Positions 11,308 through 21,443 of a stretch of 41,332 nucleotides of DNA are shown piece after piece. The position numbers were made by a program, and so were the translations under genes. The DNA lies in contig JAUCBJ010007820.1 of assembly GCA_032718475.1 (NCBI GenBank), forward strand, positions 1 through 41,332. Direction: 5' to 3'. Below the pieces are notes generated by a model, which was not told the origin of the DNA, ran no database searches, and worked only from the letters and a program-made list of their open reading frames with translations. This stretch comes from Nemertoderma westbladi. Its lineage: Eukaryota > Animalia > Xenacoelomorpha. How positions within the stretch are numbered: the first letter of the stretch is position 1; each line of letters begins with the position of its first letter.

Positions 11308-13141
11308 TTAATAGTTTTCAGTTTCTTGATTGCACAGTAGGCAATAACTATATTTTGTCTAATGTTCTGGTAAGAACATTAATAGATTTTAGGTTTCTTT
11401 ATTGCACCGTAGGCAATAAAGTCGAATGTACCGGTCGGACGGTAAACTGTAGGACTAACTGCCTAACCACCCTAACCGGTACTTACAGGTACAGCAGTAT
11501 TATTGGTAGGCTGTTTAAGAGAGTAGGGACTGTACACCCCTTATTTCTTTTAGAGCTTACATATTTCTGTCAGTTTTATTTATCTGTAAGTGTAATATTG
11601 AGCAGAAGGCGTGTTAGCCTGCTCAGATTGTATAAATAATTTGTAGGCCGGATTGTTGTCTAACTGTTGTTAGGTCTGAGGCGATTGCAGTATGTGTAGA
11701 GTGTCTGTCCGATAAAGTGCTAGTTAGGAAGGTGGGGGCATCCAGTGCTGTAAGGTAAATCCCCCCCCCCCCCAAAAGAATAAGTCGTACTACTTGGTTA
11801 GAACGCCTACTAACTAACCATTTCGGAGTCTGCATATACTGTAGTTTATTTAGGCTTGACAATAGTCTGCCAGCATTTGGTCTGTGTTTTGTTTGAATAG
11901 TCTGTACGGGTAGCGTAATATTTATTATTCAGAGTTTATGCGAGTATTCGCAACCTCCAACTCCCCAAGTATATTCCTACAGTAATTGTGCTTGTTATAC
12001 ATACCGTTATAGTTAAATTAACCCCGGTACTACATCAGGGCTGCTTGGCGTAGGTAAAGACTGGTGATTTTGTGCTCCGGTCACTCCAGCAGATACCGTG
12101 GTTCTTTTGGCTGTTCAAGTATATTTAACTGCTGGTTATTTGTTGTATAAGTACTTGTACCTAATTTAGGGTTTAGGGTACAGTGCTTTCCGAAAGTAAT
12201 TTAGTGTGTAGGCAGTATATTTGTGTTGTAACGTGGTTAATAGGCACATTAGCTCTGGTTGGCTTCGGTAATTAACCTCTAGGTAGGGACACTCCGGGTA
12301 CATAACGTAGTACTTATAGAGCTTAAGACTATAAGTCGTCAGATGGTGGTATTTCCTTATCTGGACAACGCAACTTACTTACTACTGCTTTATTGTTTTC
12401 AACTACTGTAGTTTCCTGTCAGTTAGTAAGAACCAGAAATTCTAACTCCTTGTTAGACTGGTTCGTAGATTTCTTGTAAAATTACCCTAAAAAATTGTAA
12501 ATGTAACTTGTTTATTGTTTATTTAGAGATTGTAATCTCAACCTGTTTGTTATTTGTAAGTAATTTGTAGTGATAAGTAACTTAGTAAAGTAGAATTATC
12601 TGTATTAGTGTCTAACAAGTAGCACTCCACTGAGAGTGTACAGCTTCTGTGTAGTGACTCCTTATCCAGAAATAATAACATTTATTTCAAATATAGTCAA
12701 AACCCATTGTACGGGTATATATATATATTTATAAATCCACTCAAACAGATTTATAAAATAGTAGGCCTGTTATACATCAATTAGGTCTCAATATCAGTTG
12801 AACTACTGCTTAATATCAGTAACAAGGTAAAGGGAAGTAACCCTAAATTTCAGAAATTCAGTTATTATTAAATAATTGACATTGCCGGTATTTACGGTAA
12901 GCTTATTATATTTATATAAATTTAGGCTGAAATTATATACCGGTATTCTCTGACTGATCCTAGTCAGTAAACAATACTTATATATATACTATAAGTGTAT
13001 ACAGGTATTTTAATATTATATATATATCACGTTACACTGAGTAACGGTATCGGTAACTAACTACTAGGCTTACAGTTGATACTGATTCCTAGACTTGCTT
13101 TAACTGTCATTATAGTAGTAGGCATTCAACTGTAAAATAAA

Positions 13142-15664
13142 TTGTCTGACACAAAACAAACACTGTCAGACAGTATCTTAGAAAGAACGATATATGACCC
13201 AGATCAAAGTATAGAGAATCCCCGACTGAGGTCGGAGACGCAATTTGCGAAGTTAGTGAAGCGCCATAGGTCTACTATAGGCACTAGGGCTCAAGTTAAG
13301 CGAGACCAAGAGACGCCTGTTAACAGCAGCAGCACCCGAACCGAGAACTTATTTCTCAACGGCAGAATAACTCTAGTAGTTCCGACAATGAAGAGTTAAC
13401 GCCCGAGATCGGATCAAGGATGGCAGAAGCGGTTTACCCAGATCCACTTCTAATTCTTCCTGGGGCCGTACTCACTAGAGTATTGATCGCTGTGGAGGAA
13501 CATCAAGCTGATTGGATGAGAAATAAGAGATCGACCAGGGACAGTTATGCGGGATACACGATGGAGGAACTAAGGTCTATTGTAGAGACGCAATGGAACT
13601 TCCCCGGACCCGGACTCCCGTTTAACTTATCGGAAGCTGCCTGGGAAGACTTATACCGAATGGGAATAGTAAGGGACACTCGAGATCCAGCTGTATGGAA
13701 GAGGTCAGCAGCAGGATATGTCCAGGGATTCTTCAGCTCTTTGGAGTGATTAGAAGAACACCTATTTCAACAACGTCAATGACCTCAAGAGCAGGGAGAG
13801 CTGCTTTATCAAGTGCGAGAACGAATCTTACGAATCAGATTAATACTTTCAGCCTTTGACGAGGCCTCGAAGAGAAGCCAAGACACGTCGTTGCAAGTGG
13901 CCGTAAAGACTTGGTTCCAATGAGTGAGTGTTAAGGTCCAGGGAACGACACAATGGAAAGTTCAGCTAACTGAGCGCATGACCCACGGAGAATCAACAGA
14001 CGCCACCTTTTCTCATATGGAAGGTGAAGCGATATCCGAAAAACCTCAGAAGAAGGATGCGATTGACATCTATCTGTCGGATTATCAACGATTTATAGGT
14101 GACAAAGAACTCAGAAGATGACTAGCTGGACTTCATCCCAATAGTGAGGGAGCCAAATTCGTGTTAGATTCTTTAGATGCGGAAATATTAGCTGCAGAAC
14201 AGGCTAAATTTGATGAAAGCATCCTCATTGCTATGGACCAAGAAGGGCAAATAAAGAAAAGGCAAATAGAAGACCGAAAGTTAGCAACAGCGGCAGCGGC
14301 AGCGGCAGAATCTGAAAGGAAAGCAGCAGCAGCAGTGGCAGAATCTGAAAGAAAGGCAGCAGCGGCAGTGGCAGAAGCAGAACGGAAGGCATCTGAGGCG
14401 ACAACCCAACTAGAGTTGTAGAATCTTCAGGCGTAACAAGATTGCAACTACTGAGTCGATCTACTCCCAGAAGACAGGGATTTACCTCCTCTGATGAAGG
14501 CGATACGACAGATCCCGAGGGTAGAGGTAATAAATCTCGTTCAAGCGGACGTAGAAGAGCGCCACACCGTCAGAAGTTACCTAATTTACCTCCTGCGGTG
14601 AGAAGGCAACTAGCTAATGTAGATTTAAGTAATCAAGAGCATACAGACCAAATTATTAGAGTAGAAAGACTCCCTACTATAGTAGATGAGCCCGAAATAA
14701 TTGGGCCTGTCATTGAAGCCACTCCGGTGATAGAGACCCCTGTACTTCCAGACCCTAACTCTAAATTCCCTTTGCACAGTACTAAACTACCTGTGCCCAG
14801 TAGACAAGCCCCGGAATCACACCCAGTCCTGGACGCCGAGCAAGACATAAATGAATTGTCTCCCGTCGTCCATATGCGTCACCTGGCTACCATGTTGGCG
14901 GCTCCCGCTTCTGAGGTTGAGTGGGTGGACGAGGGACGACGGGGGATGAATCAGCTGCTCGGACAGCTGGAAGACAATAAGAAACAGTCTTCCCAGCAGG
15001 TCCGAGAGTTGAAAGGGACTGTTCAGCTGTTAAAGGGAACAGTAAGAGAGAGTAGGTTAGAGTTGCAAGAAGTACAACAAAGTATCGCTTTAGAGCGCGA
15101 TAAATTAGTAAATATACAAATGGGTATACCACCACCCCCTGTAACAATGTGTCAACCCGTTAGGTCTGAAGTATTTCATGCGCAAGGTGTGGAGCCTACA
15201 CGCATCTATACTGCTAGTGAAGTAGAAACTCCTATAGTAAACCCTATTAAGGGTAATTATAAACCCGTTGATAATGATATCCCATACAGATCTGATCATA
15301 ATCCGAGAAATTTATATACCGATATCTCGATATTAAATAATACGATGGCTCAAGAAAGTTTTACACGTAAAATGGCTAGAACCGAAGCCCGTCAAGCGGT
15401 AAAGGTGGGAGAGGTCGTCAAGTTAAATGGAGATGAGATGAAATGGTTACCTTTTAATGAATATTATAAAGATAACATACAGAACTCTGTACTATGTAAC
15501 GGAGAGAAACTTAGATTCCTCATCGAGTGCTTGGAAGGACCTCCCAAGTTAATGGCGTTAAAGTTTATTGGACATCCAGACGGATTAAGACAAGTTTGGG
15601 ATACACTAAACATCAGGTATGGTAATAGGACTAACATAGCTAGGTATTTATATGCGAAATTAGT
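13142..15664 (+). pseudogene. Outer BEL gag, 5' part (multiple stops and frameshifts)
   Basis: Chain of broken ORFs with a coiled-coil Ala/Glu-rich region, ending in DUF1759-like KLNGDEMKWLPFNEYY...EKLRFLIECLEGPP...VWDTLNIRYGN. Interrupted by the inner element. Confidence 0.8.
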
Positions 15665-16204
15665 TGTTAGCTTATTCAATCCCGCCAACACCCCATAAAG
15701 TTATAAGCCGATAAGCAATATTGGGAGCCACGAGATTGGGCAATTAACCAACTCGTGCCATCCCAATAAGAGTGGGAAGGAAGCACACAATAGGGGTCAG
15801 GGGCCAAACCCCTAACCCAGAGAGAACAGGAGGAGTGAACGGGAACACTCCACGGGGCGCCAACAAGGGTATTAACCAATCAGAGGGGGGAAAGGCATCG
15901 ATTGAGTAGCAATAAGGCCACCGTGCAATATAACCAATAACCTATTAATCAGTGATTCAGTTATCTCAGTGCAGCAGTGCTAGCGTAGGTTGGTAGTCAA
16001 TTAGTTTAGTTAGGGGATCACGGGACTTTAGTTACCGTATCCCGCCTTGTACACATTATATCTATATCTATATCCTATGCCCTATTATTATTATACACTG
16101 AACTTCAGAACTCAGTTACTTTCTTTCATCCTTATACACGGCGGGGACGCGTGGACTAAATTACCACACCGGATAAATCGGGATCCCTCCTGGATCCCGT
16201 CACA
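15665..16204 (+). repeat. 5' LTR of inner element
   Basis: TGTTAGCT...GTCACA. Matches 29083-29622 except at two positions seen by eye (16099, 16171). Confidence 0.97.
15929..15962 (+). promoter_or_regulatory. Candidate TATA box and initiator in the LTR
   Basis: TATAA at 15929 lies 30 nt upstream of the A of TCAGTT (15957-15962). CCAAT occurs at about 15876. Confidence 0.45.
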
Positions 16205-16285
16205 GTAACTAAATCCGAGGAAGAAGCCCCAGTTGAACATCAAGAACTGCAGCCTAGCTAGCCGAACCATCAGCCACCAGTTGAG

Positions 16286-19200
16286 ATGAGTGAATCGGGC
16301 GAGACACCGACGCGGACCCCGGACGAAGATCAAACGATCCGCGTGGCCACGACCAAGCGATACAGGCCCACGACGCCGGAGCCATCGATAACGGGCGAAC
16401 CGGAAGTCCAGAACGAGGAGGGTCTGGAACCCGAAGTCGAGCCAAGGGAAAGGGAGAGCGAGAAGGAGGGAGAAGGAGATGAGTCGACACGGAACGGAGA
16501 ACGGCGCGCCGATGTCGCCGGCCAGCTACCGGCCGAGGGCGACGAGCGACCCACCGAAACGGCGACGGTGGGGCCGACGGTGCGACGCCGGACGCAAAGA
16601 GACAGAGGAGAGATCGGTACTGATGTCGCCGGCCAGCTACAGGCCGAGGGCGACGGACGGCCCACCGGAACGGCGACGGTGGAGCCGCCGGTACGACGTC
16701 GAACCCGGAGGGACGGAGGAGAGGTCGGCGACGAGGACGTCGGGGTCTCCGATCGACTTCGACGGGCTTACATCGCGACCCGGAGACTACTAGAGAAGGC
16801 CAGAAAAGGGAAAACGGTAGACGAGGTGAGACTGAGAAAGCGACTAGGTGAGTTGGATAGACACTTTAATTATCTAATACGTTTTGGGCAGAGAGAACTA
16901 GCCGAAACGAGAGCATGTGAGGTTGCCGGGGAACTGTTTAAACTATGGGAATGAGGGAGTATGGAACCTAGCGTAGCGTCAGTGTACATAGGGCCATACT
17001 TGGTCGATGCCCGGGGAGTAAAACCAGTGGGTTGGAGGGGACTCGAAGGGGGCGAATCCGAGGTTAACCCCGAGGATTCGGCCTCGTCGGTCGGAGAAAG
17101 CGCCGGGAAGCGGGGGAAAGTTGGTAGGTCGGGAAGGCGGGGGAAGTCCGTCGTAACCGATAAGTCTGTTACATCCTCCGCGAAAGAAAGAGCGGTGAGA
17201 GAAATAGGTGCCGCATACCGTCTCAGCATGGCAGAGCAAGGTCAGAGAGAAATGGAGAAACGGCTAGAGGAGGGGAGAGTGCGGTTAGAGAGGGAAGCGG
17301 CATTAATTAAAGAAACCGGAGAGAGGGCCGAAAGGGCTTTGAAAAGCCTAAGGGAGTGTGATGAGATAGAGGAAAGGGAGTGTAGGGAGCGTGAGGCAAG
17401 GGAGGAAAGGGAACGCAAGGAGCGTGAAAGGGAACGCAAGGAATATGAGGCCAGAGAGGAAAGGGAACGCAAGGAGCGTGAGGCGGAACGCAAGGAGTAT
17501 GAAGCGAGAAGGGAAAAGGAACGCAAGGAGCGCGAAGTGAGACGAAGGGAGAGCATTAAGAGTGTAGCAGAGTCGGCCATCAGGGACATCCAGGAGTGTG
17601 AGAGGAGATTGGCAGAGGCTGAAAAAGAGCACAAGGAATTAGAGAGACGGCAGAGTGAGTTTGCGGGAAATAGGATTAGACGGGAGCACGAGTTGGAATT
17701 CGTGCGAGCGACGCCGTCTGAAAGCGGGGCCGGCTCGAGTATTTTTGAGGAGCCGGAGGCCGTAGATACATTTATTAATACCCCACTGACAGGGACCGCA
17801 CAACAGACCCAAAACTGGTGCGACCGTACGGGCGGGGGGGGGTAATAATAATAATGGTACAGTAGACGTTGTTAATATTGATAATACCGTATTGGACGAC
17901 ACTAATCAAACCTTTATTACAGGAAATACTTTGCCTAGTGGTAGTAATTTAAATTTAAATCAGAACAATCCCAATATTAATGTAGGAAATAATTCTAATA
18001 TTGATGTAGTTACGCAAAATAATTCAAATAATCAAAATAATAACCCAAATTCGAACCTACAAAATAATTTAAATAACGCAGTTACGCAAAATAATTCGAA
18101 TAATTTAAATGATGACCTATGCCCGAATTTACAAAATAATTCAGATAACGTAGTCGCGCAGAATAATACAAATGATTTTGTTTCAAACGAGCAAATTAAT
18201 TCCGTTTCCAATATGGGTGCTATTAATGTAAACACGTCGGGCCTACATAACCAGGCGGAAGAGGGCCTGGTAGGTCACATAGTCGGTAGCCAGACGGATG
18301 AGGGCCTGGTAGGCCACGTAGTTAGTAGACAGGGAGCAGAGGGCCTGGTAGGCCACGTAGTTAGTAGACAGGGAGCAGAGGGCCTGGTAGGCCACGTAGT
18401 TAGTAGACAAGGAGCAGAGGGCCTGGTAGGCCACGTAGTTGGTAGGCAGGGAGTAGAGGGCCTGGAAGGCCACGGAATAGCAGGGGGAGAGGCGGGGGTG
18501 AATGGACCCGACCGCAGTGGGGTTGATGTGTCGACTAGAGAGGTATATAATAGCGGGGAGAGAGGTAGCGAAGTTAGATGTAGCGAGTGGGGGGGGGGGC
18601 TACGAGGACCCCACAACAGAGAGTTAGCGGCGAGAAGGGGGGGGCAGGGAGTGTCCCACAGCCGTCAGCGGATAATGCGAGGGCCGAAATAGGTAAACCG
18701 CAACAACCGGCGACGGAAAGTAACAGGGGGATTGCGGGTATCCCCAGTGGCGTGCGACCGAGCAGAGAGAGACAGGTTGACGTCGCGAGAGGGCGGACGA
18801 AGCGTCGAGCCCGATCAGAGGAGGGAAGAAGAACAGTGGGGTTTAACCGGGAGGTCGATGAGAGATCTCACGAGCGGGAATATTCCACTGATAGGAGAAG
18901 AAAGGAAGACAGTAGTAGAAGTATCGCCGCGAACGATAGAAGAGCGAGGACGGATAGCGAGCCGTCGGTAGTCGAGATGAGAACGGAGAGTCAGTGGGGT
19001 CGGACTCCGGGAGATTGCCGTCGCCCCGGAGAGATGCGATCCGGTGAGATGCATTACACGCCGAGAGAGGGGTACACGATGTACCGGTACGAAGATGAGG
19101 ACAGAAGAGAGGGGGGTCGAAGAGAAACTTTCCGACGGAATATACCTACCGATCGAGAATACGGTAGCCGCGGGGAGGATTATTCGAGAAGAATAAACTT

Positions 19201-21443
19201 CGATCCCGAGAGACACATGCAGACTGTAGGACATACTGTAGGCCTTACTGCACATACCATAGGCCATATTGAGAGAGGCTATGTAGGCGATAGGATAGCG
19301 TGGACGACGGAATTAAACCCGGAAGTCGCGGAATACATACCGGCGAGTAGGCCAGAAGCTGATAGGCCTATACCGGTACCAGCACAGCAGTATGACTACA
19401 GCATGCAGGGACACAACATATACCCAGGGGAGGGGGGAATTATTGCGGATAGGTGCATGGGCCCCAACATATTAACATCAACCCCATTACCAAACATACC
19501 GGTGGGGGGGGGGACAGGGTGACATTCCCCCATCACAATATCAACAATATACCCCGATGGTAGCAAGAACAACGAGACCCTTGGACGAAAACAGGTCGTG
19601 TGACACAGATATATGGAGGGGGCCGCTACCCCCGATGACGTACCCAAGCCAGAGAAAATCAAGAAATAGGACAGACGGAACGCACCAGGCAGGGGAAACT
19701 ATACAGCACCCGTCAAATCCATTGGAAGCGCAGGCGATAGGGATGGCCACGTTGATCGATGCTTTGAAAACGAGGATCGAGTTACCACCCGTGGAACCAT
19801 TCAAGTTCGATGGGAGTAGGCCGGAAGAATATTTACAGTTTCGGCGAATGTATAGTAACGAAATACTGACAAAAAACTTGACGCAGGCGGAGTGCCTAAA
19901 GTATCTACAAGTGTACACGGGAGGCCCAGCATACAACATCGTGAGGCAATATCAGGGAATAGAGGGCGGCTTCACGACAGCATGGCGGGCACTGGATAGG
20001 GAATACGGGCACCCGGCCAAGATCATCAGGCAGACGCTGAGAGGCATAACATCGGGTGGCCTACAGGATAACCCCGTTAGCATTAAGACGTTTGCAAACA
20101 AAGTCGAGAAGGCGCTGATCGTGCTGAAGACGCTAGACGCGCCATACGAGCTCAACGCGTCCAATAACATCACCACGATAGCGCAGGCACTACCGAACTG
20201 GCTGCGCAACAAGTGGAGGAAGATCGCTTTCTCCACTCGAGACAAGAAGGGTGCGGAACCGGGTTTAGAAGAAATGTCAAACTTCTTAAATTACGAGGCT
20301 GAACTAATAACGGACCCAGTCTATAGTGAAGATAGCCTGGGAAAGGGACCAAAGACGGATCACTACAGGTCGAAACCAGAGCACAATACATCAAACGCAT
20401 TGCCGAGGCTCAGGCAATCATTGCCATACGCAGCGACGCAGGGGACTGCAAGTCCACAGGCAAACGAAGATAAGACAACATCATGGAACGGACAGGGGAA
20501 CAGTAACAACATGAATAAACATAACCCCAGTACGTCCAGTAGGCCAAATCCAGTCAATAAGAATAGTAGGGACTTTGGTACGAATATAACTGCGATACGC
20601 AATGCATTGTATAAAGAGGGCTACGACCCAAAGAGCAAATGCCAGTTACACGCAAATGCGCTTCATAAAACCATGAACTGCAGGTACTGGCAGGCGCTAC
20701 CGAGGCAAGACCAGATAGATTACGCGTCGAGCAATAAAATCTGCTCGCGATGTGTGAAGAGTGGACACAAGGCCAGGGAATGCCAAGAGAAGCCGGTCAA
20801 GTTTGGCCAAAGGAGAGGCCAAACGATGGCAACGAGCACGGTAGGGGCGAAGAAGAGAGGCACGGTGTTACTTGGAGTAGTACCGGTGCGAGTGATCGGG
20901 GAGGGCAATCGATCAGTAACAACACTAATGCTGGTTGATAGTGGAGCTGCCTTCACATTAGTCGAGGAATGGGTAGCCGAAGAAATAGGATTGAGAACAA
21001 GGCCAAGCAGAATGGCGGTAACAACCATCTCTAGCAAAGATGAGATCCTAGAGATGAGGACAGGACGGTGCGCAATTGCAGCAGTGGCACCAGGATGCGA
21101 TTATGGGGCAACCATCGACCCCATCCAAGTAATAGAGTCAATTAACATCAATGCCAGGCGGCCAACCAACATCGAGGTCGAGCAATACAAATTCCTGGAC
21201 GACATTGACTTCTCGATCCCAGACGTGGACGTTAGGAAGGTATCCATCATAGTAGGAATGGACTGCCCGACGGCCCACGAAAGAATGCAAACGGTCTTCG
21301 GCGAAGACAAGCAGAGTGACCCGGTGGCCATATTAACACCATTCGGGTGGACGCTGAGTGGTCCAATTAAGAGCAAGATACCATTCAGGATGTCGGAGAC
21401 ATCAGGATGCATGTTCGCGGGAACAATGCAGGAAAGTGCTTAA
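16286..21443 (+). pseudogene. Inner BEL gag-protease with a very long N-terminal extension (one stop, three frameshifts at G runs)
   Basis: ORFs at 16286 and 16961 share a frame (single TGA at 16952). Frames shift at G runs near 17834, 18589 and 19504. DUF1759-like FKFDGSRPEEYLQF, knuckles CQLH...H...C and CSRC...H...C, protease LVDSGA (DSG at 20937) and TPFGWTLSGP. Confidence 0.85.
18261..18473 (+). repeat. 39-bp coding tandem repeat (EGLVGHVVSRQGA), 5 full copies plus one partial
   Basis: GAGGGCCTGG starts at 18261, 18300, 18339, 18378, 18417 and 18456. Confidence 0.9.

Noticed and set aside
16205-16222. PBS complementary to the 5' part of tRNA-Asp (TCCTCG...)
   Set aside because: Only a loose partial resemblance. 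The match to the element's own LTR is better, although a proper tRNA search is still needed.
16952-16954. Programmed stop-codon readthrough
   Set aside because: The TGA-GGG context is not a recognised readthrough signal. A point mutation is simpler.
21407-21443. Programmed -1 gag-pol frameshift
   Set aside because: No slippery heptamer is evident and conserved RT motifs are missing at the junction, so a deletion explains it better.
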